From IMG/VR virus record IMGVR_UViG_3300037760_000162, positions 1 to 37,977 of that record: 37,977 bases of DNA, one strand, 5' to 3'. Of this stretch, positions 1 to 8,809 are shown piece by piece. The notes under the pieces are model-generated. The model searched no databases. It had not been told where the DNA came from and worked only from the letters and a program-made list of their open reading frames with translations. This DNA comes from a virus (taxonomy: Duplodnaviria > Caudoviricetes). A program made the position numbers and the translations under genes. Numbering within the stretch: position 1 is the first letter of the stretch; each line of letters opens with the position of its first letter.

Positions 1-1482
1 ACCAAACTTGGCGATTTCTCTGTAATCCAATTGGCCTGTTGCGACTCCCACGGTGATCGATCGATCCTCTTCCACGACGACTCGAAGGTCCTGGTAGATG
101 CCCGTGATCTCCGAATCAGCTCCCACCATCGGCCCCTCTCCCCATTCGAATCCTGGTATCGGATTGTAAACGATGGAGACCAAACCCGCGCCCACGCCAA
201 CCACTTCGCTCCTGACGAAAGGCGGGTAGGGCTTGCTTCGCCATGCAGCTCTTCGGTGATTTGCGTCCATCCCTACCAGATCGACAAAAAACGAGGTGAT
301 GATTGCCTTCTGCAGGTAGAGCGGCCGCACCCCTCGATTGCACCAGACCCTTTCGATTGCGAAACTCTCGGCGATCGTCCTAACGTAGATGTTCGGATCG
401 TTCGCGCGCAGGTAGAAAAGCGCCGCCGTGGCCTCTCCGGCCGTCACGCTCCCATCGATTGCGAACGTGTTGAAAATGACTGGGCTGTAACCAGGAAAGC
501 TTAGCTTTTGCGTGCCTGCGCTCGACCAGGCCACGCGAACCGTGCCGCTGTTGTGCCAGGCGATGATCGGATTGCTGACCCCATCAAAGCCCAGTGAAAT
601 ATGATTCGTTGCCGCCCCATCGTAACCGCTTGCGACCGCCTCACCCATGTCGGGTGCCACCAGCATGAAGGCGTTCGTTATTGGATCGTAGTAGGCTCCC
701 CATTCGGCTTGGAAGTTGTCACCTTGCGCCACGCCAATCGCATAAGGGCCCTGTGCCGCCGCCACGATTTGATTGGTCACCAGCGGGTCCTGATCACGCA
801 TTCGCGCCTCGAGCGGTCCGTTCAGGCTCTGGACGTCATCGCCCTCGATATCAATGTTCTCCTCGGTCCGCCTGGTATGGGAGATCCCTCGAAAGGTCAG
901 CGTCATCTCGGCGATGTGCAGCCCTCGCAGCGTCATGCTGATGTCGTCGCTCGCCAGCCGCACGAAATAAACGAGCCCGATCATGCATCTGCCCGCGGTC
1001 AGGTTGTTGGCCAGCGCGCGGTCCAGTGTCAGGATGTCGTTGCCCGCGCCGTCGTCGGTCACGCCAACCACCCAGTAGTCCGCATAAACGCCTGTCTGAT
1101 TAACGATAAAGATCCGCCGGCCAGGACTGTCCGGCCTGGTCTCTGTCATGTGGACGCTATGCCAGTCGCCCTCCACTCGAATCGTCGTCTCACCGGTCCC
1201 GCCGGCAACGTCATCGAGCAGATCGAAGTCTTGCCGCCACCCCGGCAGGTAAAAGGCTTCGTGACGGCCTGCTCGCCGGTCCAGGAATTCGCGCAGCGTG
1301 CGGTATTCGTTGGCCGTGGTCGTCTTGTAGTCGAGGCGAATCACGAGGTCTGTATGCCCTACCCAGGCCACCCAATCCGCACCGAGGCCCTGCACGTCAG
1401 CCCGGCCGCCATCGAGCCCGTAGTCCGGGTCGATCTCGAAATCCGGCTGGATGCTCAGGGTCTCGTAGACAGTCCAACTCAT
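1..1482 (-). CDS. Tail-tip/minor tail protein (runs off the window edge, 3' end missing)
   Basis: Absent from the ORF track because it has no stop in the window. Manual translation from ATG at 1482 (ATGA overlap with the upstream gene) is open to base 1: MSWTVYETLSIQPDF...LREFLDRRAGRHEAFYLPGW...YFVRLASDD. The N-terminal part resembles distal-tail/hub-like proteins; it lies two genes after the tape measure. Confidence 0.75.
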   Translation of the reverse strand, partial: MSWTVYETLSIQPDFEIDPDYGLDGGRADVQGLGADWVAWVGHTDLVIRLDYKTTTANEYRTLREFLDRRAGRHEAFYLPGWRQDFDLLDDVAGGTGETTIRVEGDWHSVHMTETRPDSPGRRIFIVNQTGVYADYWVVGVTDDGAGNDILTLDRALANNLTAGRCMIGLVYFVRLASDDISMTLRGLHIAEMTLTFRGISHTRRTEENIDIEGDDVQSLNGPLEARMRDQDPLVTNQIVAAAQGPYAIGVAQGDNFQAEWGAYYDPITNAFMLVAPDMGEAVASGYDGAATNHISLGFDGVSNPIIAWHNSGTVRVAWSSAGTQKLSFPGYSPVIFNTFAIDGSVTAGEATAALFYLRANDPNIYVRTIAESFAIERVWCNRGVRPLYLQKAIITSFFVDLVGMDANHRRAAWRSKPYPPFVRSEVVGVGAGLVSIVYNPIPGFEWGEGPMVGADSEITGIYQDLRVVVEEDRSITVGVATGQLDYREIAKFG

Positions 1483-2129
1483 GACGCCAAGACGGGCGCG
1501 TCGCCCACGTGCAGCGGCGCGTCTCCAACATAGATTAATGCCGCAGCCACCGGTTGAGGTGTCGCCCCAAGCGTTTTAAAGCTCAGCATGCCGCTCGCCG
1601 TCGAATGCCGAGGATCACGCAAAAGCGCCTCCCCGCCTTCCAAGAGCGCTGCTCGGACCGGGAAAGCGTACCCCGAAGAATAGACGGTCGCGCCGGCCAT
1701 CGCCTCGAGCGTGAAATTGGATAGCGTCCGGCTCGCCACGGTCCGGAATTGTCCACCAGCGGCCGCTGACCAAAGGAACACCCGGCCTTCCCCCCACTCA
1801 CCGGCCATCGGCGTGCTTGCCACTGTCAGGGATGTCTCGCTGGCCATGCCGGAGATCACCAGGCCGCTTGGCCACCATGGGACGAACAGGACGCTCCTCG
1901 AGTACGTCCGCAAAGCGTCCAGGCGGCCAAACGCGTTCACGCCGTGAAGCTGCGCCGGCGTGTAAGTCATGACGAGCCGCGGCGTCGCTCGCTTGCGCGT
2001 GCGCTGCTCAATGCCCCGCCGGCTACGGGTGATGAGCGTCGTCCACATTGTCCGGCTCTCAATGCCATCGCCCCAGTCCGGCAGGATTGCCAGCTCGATG
2101 GCAGCGTCATCCGCGGTCGGATAACTCAC
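1479..2129 (-). CDS. Distal-tail-like minor tail protein
   Basis: Directly downstream of the tape measure with a 4-nt overlap; W-x-T...SRRGIEQR...R..PR motif typical of Dit-like proteins. Confidence 0.65.
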   Translation of the reverse strand: MSYPTADDAAIELAILPDWGDGIESRTMWTTLITRSRRGIEQRTRKRATPRLVMTYTPAQLHGVNAFGRLDALRTYSRSVLFVPWWPSGLVISGMASETSLTVASTPMAGEWGEGRVFLWSAAAGGQFRTVASRTLSNFTLEAMAGATVYSSGYAFPVRAALLEGGEALLRDPRHSTASGMLSFKTLGATPQPVAAALIYVGDAPLHVGDAPVLAS

Positions 2130-4900
2130 AGCCTATTGCCCCCCATTACAAGCTTCCGGACCGCGGGTAATCTCCGGCTGAGCGCGTTGAGCACGGCGTC
2201 TGGATTGGTCGCCACGATGTCGGCAATCTCGGCTCTGTCGAAGACGTTGATGATCGTGGCGCTCTGGCTGCTGTCATTCGAGGACTTGCGCCGTCCGCCA
2301 TCTCTTGATGCCTCCAGCTCGGCTTCAATCTCGGATGCGCGTCTCCTGGTGAGGACCGTCTCGCCTTTCTCGACCTTCACGATCTCCTCGCTGCTCGCCA
2401 TGCCGCCGGAATGGAATTTCGGCATCTCGATCCGTTGTGGGGACGCGGTCCATGTCTGGCCGGCGCCTACCAGGCCGCCGGCGTGGTAGTTACCCCCGAA
2501 GAGCGTGGTGTCGATTCCACCACCCCCGCCCGACGGCAGACCGCTCCCGCCGCCCGACACGCCGGCGTTGAACTGTGCGCCTGCGGCATCGTTTAGGGGC
2601 TCCCCGTACTGGCCCCATTTCGCCCCTCCTACGGACGACCCGCCGCCCGAACTAGCGGACGAACTAGCGTACGAACTAGCGGCCGACCCAACGACCGACC
2701 CAAAGACACCGGCCCACGACCCACCGCCTGTCTGGCCGACGGGCACCGCTTTGACCACTCCAGAGGTGTAGCCTGACGCCTCCAATGCCTTCTGGATCGC
2801 GAGCTGGATCATCATCTTAATGATCATCCGCGTGATGTCCTGGATAATGCTAGTTGCCATCTTCGTGAATGCCTCCTTGGCGCTCATTGTGCCATTGATG
2901 ATGCCCATGAGTGCATCGGTCATGCCGTCCCTCACAGCCGTAAGCGATCCCGCTGCGAGATCATCGAGCTGCTTGTCCAAGTCACCCCACGCCAGTGACA
3001 GTTTCTCCACCGCGCTAAGCTCTATCGGCTCCGGTTTCTTAGGCTCTGGGTAGATTTTCGGGTTCTCGCCCGTTGGAGGCACAGGGACATCCGGCAGAGG
3101 CGGTGGCGCCGATGTCTTGTTGAATCGATCAAGGAATTCACGCAATTTGTCCTGGGCACCTTGCTCCTTCTCGGATGGAAGATCTTTCGGTTTGAACACG
3201 TCCACGGGTGGGGTGGCTAAGGACCCCGGACCGAAGGCTTTCAGTGGATTTTTGAGTATCCCAACTAACTCCTCGATGACCTTGGTCATTCCGTCTTTGA
3301 ATGCGTTGACCACGTCCTCAAACGCTTGCCCGATGGTGTTGTAGATCTCCAAGGCAATGTCCCCAAGCGCGTTCCAAAGCCATTCTTTCGCCGCGGCGAA
3401 GCCCAGATGTATCGCCTGGAAGGCCTCGCCGCTCTTGAGGATTTCCACAGCCGTGCGAAACCCACTCGCGAGAGCCTCGCCAATGGCCTTGGCCTTGTCG
3501 GTCATCTCGCCCAGCTTGTCGCTCGCTGCGTTAAGCGCCGGCACCATGCTGGCCGCCAGGGGCGTCGCAGCCGTTACCAAAAGGGATTTCCAATTGGCTT
3601 TAAGTCGATCGATGGCCCCCGGCAAGGTCTGTGTCATCCGCTCTGCCCCGCCGGCAAACCTCGCGAAGCTCCCCTCGAGATTGAGGAAAATGTCGATCAG
3701 CTCTTTCGAGGCGATTTTGCCCTCGCTCACATACTTGCGCATCAGCGCGATTGAACCGCCTGCTACCTTGTTCGCGAGTTCTTGCATGATCGGCACGCCC
3801 TTTTCCGCGATCTGGGTCCGCAGCTCTTCCATTCCCACCGTGCCAAGCGACTGCACTTGGGCCAATGCCACGCCCAGGAGCTTAGCTTCTTGCGTCGACA
3901 GGCCGATCGATCCCGCCACGTCGAGGATCGATTTATTGAGCTTGATCGCGGCGTTCGCCTCGAACCCGAGCGCCAAGAAGCGCTTGACCGTCGATGCCGA
4001 TCCGGCCAGCTCCGCCCCTGTGCGTTTGGACTCATCTCGTAGCTTGCCCATGATCCGGGTCGCCTCGGCCAGCGAGCCCGTCATGGCCTGGAACGACAGA
4101 ACGTCGAGCTGGCTTTGCCCCGCGAGTTGGAGCCCGATCTGCAGTTGCCCCGCAGCGAGTTGCGCGGTCTTGAACAAGACTATCAGTGCCCCTACCCCCG
4201 CCACCAAAATTCCCAGCGCTCCCCCTGCTGTGATCGCCACCGCAGAAAGCGCGGCGATCCCACTCGCCAAGGCCGCTACGCCTGCCACACCTCCGCCCGC
4301 TGCCGCCGACAACCCGCCGAGGCTCCTCGTCATACGAGTAACGCCCGACACCCCCTGAGTCATCCCGGACGCGAACCGCGACGCCTGCGCGCCCGCCGGC
4401 GTGAAAGCACTCGTCAAACGAATCAAACTGCCGGTCACTCCCGCGATGGCGCCCGTCATCACCGTAGACGATCTCCGCACGCGATCGCCCATTACCCCAA
4501 AATTGCCGCCCACTCGGCTCACCGCAGCTCCAGCCCGGTTGGCTTGAGTCACAACACGTTGCCAAGCCGAGCCTACCCCAGCCGCCATCCGCTCGGCTTG
4601 GGCACGAATCCTGCCGAACGCAGTCGCCTGGCTCGCCCCTGCTCGCTGCGTAGACGCCGCTGCCTGTACTGTGGCCTGCGCCGCCTGCCCCGTCGATCTA
4701 CTGACCGAAGCAGAGGTGGTTTGGGAACTCCTAGCGACGGCCTGGTTGCTCGCCCCCAACCGCCGCGCAGACTGATCAATCCGTCGGAGCGCGGCCTCGT
4801 AGGCACCTCCAAGATTTGTTGCCGCACGCTGCGCCGCTGCTGCTCCGGCTACGGCGGGAGCCGGGTCGAACGCGATCCCGATTGTTCTGATCTCCGCCAT
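2126..4900 (-). CDS. Tail tape measure protein
   Basis: 924 aa, Ala/Gly-rich and helical; tape-measure core (LAQVQSLGTVGMEELRTQIAEKGVP); C-terminal 'MPKFHSGG...EKGETVL' motif; follows the chaperone genes. Confidence 0.93.
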   Translation of the reverse strand: MAEIRTIGIAFDPAPAVAGAAAAQRAATNLGGAYEAALRRIDQSARRLGASNQAVARSSQTTSASVSRSTGQAAQATVQAAASTQRAGASQATAFGRIRAQAERMAAGVGSAWQRVVTQANRAGAAVSRVGGNFGVMGDRVRRSSTVMTGAIAGVTGSLIRLTSAFTPAGAQASRFASGMTQGVSGVTRMTRSLGGLSAAAGGGVAGVAALASGIAALSAVAITAGGALGILVAGVGALIVLFKTAQLAAGQLQIGLQLAGQSQLDVLSFQAMTGSLAEATRIMGKLRDESKRTGAELAGSASTVKRFLALGFEANAAIKLNKSILDVAGSIGLSTQEAKLLGVALAQVQSLGTVGMEELRTQIAEKGVPIMQELANKVAGGSIALMRKYVSEGKIASKELIDIFLNLEGSFARFAGGAERMTQTLPGAIDRLKANWKSLLVTAATPLAASMVPALNAASDKLGEMTDKAKAIGEALASGFRTAVEILKSGEAFQAIHLGFAAAKEWLWNALGDIALEIYNTIGQAFEDVVNAFKDGMTKVIEELVGILKNPLKAFGPGSLATPPVDVFKPKDLPSEKEQGAQDKLREFLDRFNKTSAPPPLPDVPVPPTGENPKIYPEPKKPEPIELSAVEKLSLAWGDLDKQLDDLAAGSLTAVRDGMTDALMGIINGTMSAKEAFTKMATSIIQDITRMIIKMMIQLAIQKALEASGYTSGVVKAVPVGQTGGGSWAGVFGSVVGSAASSYASSSASSGGGSSVGGAKWGQYGEPLNDAAGAQFNAGVSGGGSGLPSGGGGGIDTTLFGGNYHAGGLVGAGQTWTASPQRIEMPKFHSGGMASSEEIVKVEKGETVLTRRRASEIEAELEASRDGGRRKSSNDSSQSATIINVFDRAEIADIVATNPDAVLNALSRRLPAVRKLVMGGNRL

Positions 4901-4906
4901 GCCAGG

Positions 4907-5243
4907 TTATTTGTTGGTCAGTTGCTGCTCAAATTGCTCGTGTAAGTGACGGAGGTATACGGCATCAATCGCTCGCACTATCCGCAAAAGGTAATGAGGC
5001 TCGTATCCGTAGGCGCGCGCTGCCGCGATGATGTCCGCCGTAGAAATCCCGGAGGCGCCACCGTAGCCAATCGGTCGACTGCTCGCGAGCAGCGCATAAA
5101 GCTCATAAAGATCCCGAAGCTGCTCGGGCAATGCATCCGGACGCGTAAGCAGAGGCTCCGGGCATTTGCCCGTGACCTCCACAATCGTCTCGAGATACTC
5201 CAGATCATCCCCGTGCTTCAGTTCCCACTGGAGTGTCGCTTTT
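4907..5243 (-). CDS. Tail assembly chaperone, C-terminal (GT-like) extension, probably reached by frameshift
   Basis: LQWELKHG...LYALLASSRPIGYGGASGISTADIIAAA...IVRAIDAVYL resembles second tail-chaperone ORFs. It has no good start of its own and overlaps the end of the upstream chaperone. Confidence 0.7.
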
Positions 5244-5627
5244 GATGGCCGCCACATCGGCGGCCTCGTCCTCCGCCTGGAAGACTGAAATATCGGTGGC
5301 AAGCTCTGCCACGACCTCGCGGAAATGCGGCAGCTTCATGGCCTTCTTCCGATTCTCTAAGGTCGGCTTCACGGCAAGGCCGTCCTCGGTGATCCCCTCC
5401 CAGTCGAGCAGGATAAACTCTGCCATAACCTCCCCGATGATCTTGTCCTGCATCTCCGGGTCAGCCTTGAGCAGGTGTCCTGGGATGCCCTTAAGTCGCT
5501 TGCGAATTACCTTCTTGTAGGTTGGGCTCTGCACGCTGGCGACCAGAAGCCTGGCGCCGTCGCCAAGCTCAATCCATGCGCCCTCAAGGTCCTTGGTTCG
5601 GTCGGTTTTGTATGTGTTAAGGTCCAT
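5205..5627 (-). CDS. Tail assembly chaperone (G-like)
   Basis: Start reassigned to ATG 5627 (MDLNTYKTDRTKDLEGAW...ILLDWEGI). Lies between tail tube and tape measure; the longer ORF-track start overlaps the tube gene. Confidence 0.8.
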   Translation of the reverse strand: MDLNTYKTDRTKDLEGAWIELGDGARLLVASVQSPTYKKVIRKRLKGIPGHLLKADPEMQDKIIGEVMAEFILLDWEGITEDGLAVKPTLENRKKAMKLPHFREVVAELATDISVFQAEDEAADVAAIKSDTPVGTEARG

Positions 5628-5656
5628 ATTTATCTCTATCGTTGGTTGGCTTCGGT

Positions 5657-7189
5657 TTACGCCGCTGCGTGAAAGTCGATGATCATCATGGCGTCCGTCA
5701 CCGGATCGTAAAGCCCGGTGTATTCTGAGTTGATCAGCAGATCCTGATTGAGGCCCTGCGCGTTCGGCAAGGCGGTCCGGAACTTGAACTTTGGAATCGT
5801 GAACACGATTGTATTGCCCGCGTCGTCGGTGACCTGCCAGGACAGCAGGACGGCCAGATGATCGACGAATTTGCCGTATAACCTGTTGGACATGAAGTGG
5901 CCGCTCAGGTTTCCGTTCACCTGGAATGTCCCGATGCCGATATCGAAGGCCCCAAAGATCCCCATGCAATCCTTCCCACGCAGCCCATTACCAATATTGA
6001 GCGTGATTGCCCTGAAGCATTCCGTGGCGACTTCTCCGGACTCTATGAAAGTCCCCACATTGGTGGTCGCGTTGAGAACGTCGGTGGTCGGCGACGCGGC
6101 GTAATCCCCTGAATCGGTTCCGCCGGCCAGCTCGGTGTCGCCCCAAGAGGCGGTGTCTGACGTCTCCTCGGTCACGATCGCGTGCGCGCCCGTCCCGGCT
6201 GCCTTTGCCGTCACTGTCATCGTAGACGCCGACGCCTTGGCCGCCGTCACGTCTGGATGCGCCGGCGTGCCAAACAGCTCACCGTTGATCGCCGCGACCA
6301 GATTATCGATCGACTCCTCGGCATCCGCCCCGATCGCCAGCTCGTAGGCAGCCGATGGCGCCGCCGCGAACGTGTAGACCGTGGTACCGATCGTGACCGT
6401 CTCGGTATCGAGGACGTTGCCGGTCGTGGTCAGGGTTTGCTCCGCGTGGACGCCAGTCACGCTCGTCGAGAGCGAGTCGTCACCGTAGAAGCCACGCGCC
6501 CCCATAAAGCCGAAGCTCCCCGTGATGATCTGTTTGCTCTCAAAGTTGAGCGCCAGGGTATCGACCACCATCCCGACGAAGCTCTGGAAATGGTCCAGCG
6601 CATCAGTCGTAACGATGCGCCGCTCCATCGTGTAGGATTTGCGGGTGGTGCCGTTCTTCACGCTGCTCCCGGTCAGCGCGATCGTCGCGCCGGCTTGGTC
6701 AGAGACGAACGTCCCTGCCGCGAACGTCAGGATGGACCCGTCGACGGATTTCGCCGTCACGAGCTTGATCCCGTTGTTCCCCGCCACCGTGAACCCGGAA
6801 AGTTTCGGGCTCGACCCGACCGGCACATCATCGAAGTCTCCAGCGGCGCCAGTGATCGTCGAGGCGCTCGCGTCGAGCGTAGCGGTGATGGCGCTTAGGT
6901 TGATCACGGACGCCACCCCGAAGAGCGCCGCAACGACGAACGGGTTGAACGAGCCATAGCTCAGCTCGAAATTGAATCCGGCGTTAGCCATCGCGCCAAC
7001 CTGGATCAGGTCCGCAAGGGCTCGGTCAGATCGGATCTCCTGGGATTCGATCGTTTCTTTGGCGTGCGCCAACCCCTCGGAGGTCATCCGGATGTTTGTG
7101 AGGGTTGGGGTGACCGGAGTGACTCCCCACTCCGCCTCTTCGACGTAGCCGATGCTCGCGAAGTTACTGTCTGCAGATGTCTTGGCCAT
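5657..7189 (-). CDS. Major tail tube protein with an inserted accessory domain
   Basis: N-terminal 'GYVEEAEWGVTP...SQEIRSDR...FNFELSYG', 'KSYTMER', C-terminal 'DDAGN.IVFTIPK'; canonical position. Confidence 0.88.
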   Translation of the reverse strand: MAKTSADSNFASIGYVEEAEWGVTPVTPTLTNIRMTSEGLAHAKETIESQEIRSDRALADLIQVGAMANAGFNFELSYGSFNPFVVAALFGVASVINLSAITATLDASASTITGAAGDFDDVPVGSSPKLSGFTVAGNNGIKLVTAKSVDGSILTFAAGTFVSDQAGATIALTGSSVKNGTTRKSYTMERRIVTTDALDHFQSFVGMVVDTLALNFESKQIITGSFGFMGARGFYGDDSLSTSVTGVHAEQTLTTTGNVLDTETVTIGTTVYTFAAAPSAAYELAIGADAEESIDNLVAAINGELFGTPAHPDVTAAKASASTMTVTAKAAGTGAHAIVTEETSDTASWGDTELAGGTDSGDYAASPTTDVLNATTNVGTFIESGEVATECFRAITLNIGNGLRGKDCMGIFGAFDIGIGTFQVNGNLSGHFMSNRLYGKFVDHLAVLLSWQVTDDAGNTIVFTIPKFKFRTALPNAQGLNQDLLINSEYTGLYDPVTDAMMIIDFHAAA

Positions 7190-7201
7190 GATATTTGGTT
7201 T

Positions 7202-7612
7202 TTACGTGGTGAGGTCTACTCGGAAATCGACCGTGACATTTGTCTGCTCGATTCCCTCTCTATTGCCCGTGCCATTGCTCCCCACATGAGAGAACACGGC
7301 TACAAGCCCGGCGTCTATCGCTATCGTCTTGAGATCGAAAATTGTTGAGAAAAGGTCCGCTGCCCTGGCCGCCGCCCGGATCCCCTGTCCTTCCGGAGTG
7401 AAGACCTGGAGGAAGAGCACACCAATCATGCGAACCCGGCAGGCTCCAATCGCCGCGCTCGATCGATCGCCCAGTTGGAGCGTCAGCCTGCCGTATGCCC
7501 CCGAGGCCGGCACCTTCAGGGCTTGGTTCGGCAGGCCGACCGGGATCGCGGCCGCTCCCGTCCATCCGGACAGAAACGCGCCTATCACCGCCGCTCGCGT
7601 CGCCTCGATCAT
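7202..7612 (-). CDS. Tail terminator-like protein
   Basis: 136 aa; 'GVLFLQVFTPEGQG' motif; lies between the HK97 gp10-like gene and the tube. Confidence 0.75.
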   Translation of the reverse strand: MIEATRAAVIGAFLSGWTGAAAIPVGLPNQALKVPASGAYGRLTLQLGDRSSAAIGACRVRMIGVLFLQVFTPEGQGIRAAARAADLFSTIFDLKTIAIDAGLVAVFSHVGSNGTGNREGIEQTNVTVDFRVDLTT

Positions 7613-8007
7613 AGCCCCTGGGTAGCCACCTCCACCTCGGCTTGAAGTTCCGCGATCACGATCCGGACCATCCCAAAGGGCGCTTGCTTGGAGTGCCCGT
7701 TTTCGAGGGCCTCCATGTAGACGAGATTGCTCGTCACGAACACGGTGGTCGTCCCATCAATCCAGCTCACGTCCGGGTCCGCAGGCCGGGCGTACACACC
7801 TTCGGGCGGCAACCAGCTGCTCGGCTCACCCTGTCCGATGCCCCAGGAGGCCTGCGCGCGGCCCAGGTCCACTGGCGTGCGGTCCGTGAGCTTACTCCAC
7901 GAGTCGAGGGCCAGATGTTGCGCCACGGCGGAGACCGCCAGGTTGAGCTGTTCGGCGACGTCGTCAACCCAAAGGTTGAGCCGGCGTATGTTCGCGGAGT
8001 TAGACAT
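7609..8007 (-). CDS. HK97 gp10-like tail completion/neck protein
   Basis: Start reassigned to ATG 8007; 'TPVDLGRAQASW...SNLVYMEALENGHSKQAPFGMVR' motif. Confidence 0.85.
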   Translation of the reverse strand: MSNSANIRRLNLWVDDVAEQLNLAVSAVAQHLALDSWSKLTDRTPVDLGRAQASWGIGQGEPSSWLPPEGVYARPADPDVSWIDGTTTVFVTSNLVYMEALENGHSKQAPFGMVRIVIAELQAEVEVATQGL

Positions 8008-8215
8008 CGAGGATCTCGATCGTCTTGGTTGCGGAGATGCGGCCCCATACGCCGAGAACCGCGCCAACGACAATGGCAAATGCCTCGGCCAAGAGCTGGA
8101 CGTTGTCCGCCAGCCACGGCACATCGATTTTGAGAATAAGAAAAACCGATGCGAGTGCTTGGAGAAGCACGCCCCAAAGTGTTTTGCTCGCAAATGGCGA
8201 CTTTGTATCGGTCAT
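8000..8215 (-). CDS. Putative holin (small two-TM membrane protein)
   Basis: 71 aa with two hydrophobic segments; 'SKTLWG...GR.SA' pattern seen in small phage holins. Confidence 0.6.
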   Translation of the reverse strand: MTDTKSPFASKTLWGVLLQALASVFLILKIDVPWLADNVQLLAEAFAIVVGAVLGVWGRISATKTIEILDV

Positions 8216-8237
8216 ATTAGTAAGGGATGATAATCGG

Positions 8238-8459
8238 TTAGGTTGCGTCTACAAGATCATCCGGAGTGTCGGCTTCTGCAGCCTCCTTGTCTTCCAGACG
8301 CTTTTGGGTTACGACAGCCTCGCGAAACTGCCTGGACATGTTTGCCTTTGCGGCTGGCGCGGTCTCTTCGATGCCGTGGTGCCGGGCGTAGTAGCCCAGC
8401 ACTTGCGCGCCGGTTAATGACTTGGTGTCGATGTCGATTGTGATCGATATGATTGGCAT
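8238..8459 (-). CDS. Hypothetical protein
   Basis: 73-aa ORF packed in the minus-strand operon. Confidence 0.55.
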   Translation of the reverse strand: MPIISITIDIDTKSLTGAQVLGYYARHHGIEETAPAAKANMSRQFREAVVTQKRLEDKEAAEADTPDDLVDAT

Positions 8460-8465
8460 GGTAAT

Positions 8466-8807
8466 TTATGGGGTTAGTTTACTCAGTCCGGGTGGAGTTG
8501 GCTTTCCAAAGAAGAGCGTATTCGAGGGATCTGATTCAGACTCTTCATTGAAAATGACCATATAAATATGCCATCGCAGCCTATGGTCCAGGTCTATCAC
8601 AACCCCCTTCTCTCCGGTCGCGTGCGTCACAAGATCGGCGACTAGAACCTCAGTCACGATCACGTTACCATTAACCGGCACGGCGTAAATGCGAAAGCCC
8701 ACGGCCCGCTCAGTAACAAAGTCTTCTTCGTCATACGAAAAAGCGAGCTTAACCGGCTTCGCGAAAGCGGAGGCGGCGAAGAGGAGAAGGAAGAGGATTG
8801 TTTTCAT
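8466..8807 (-). CDS. Exported FN3/Ig-like small protein
   Basis: Signal-peptide-like N-terminus MKTILFLLLFAASAFA-K; 'GFRIY...ESDPSN' pattern typical of fibronectin type III domains. Confidence 0.65.
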   Translation of the reverse strand: MKTILFLLLFAASAFAKPVKLAFSYDEEDFVTERAVGFRIYAVPVNGNVIVTEVLVADLVTHATGEKGVVIDLDHRLRWHIYMVIFNEESESDPSNTLFFGKPTPPGLSKLTP

Positions 8808-8809
8808 GA

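Noticed and set aside
601-1533. 310-aa plus-strand ORF
   Set aside because: Antisense shadow of the minus-strand tail gene 1-1482; His/Arg/Val-rich with no motifs.
3357-4945. Long plus-strand ORFs (333 aa and 276 aa)
   Set aside because: Antisense shadows of the tape measure gene; expected in GC-rich DNA.
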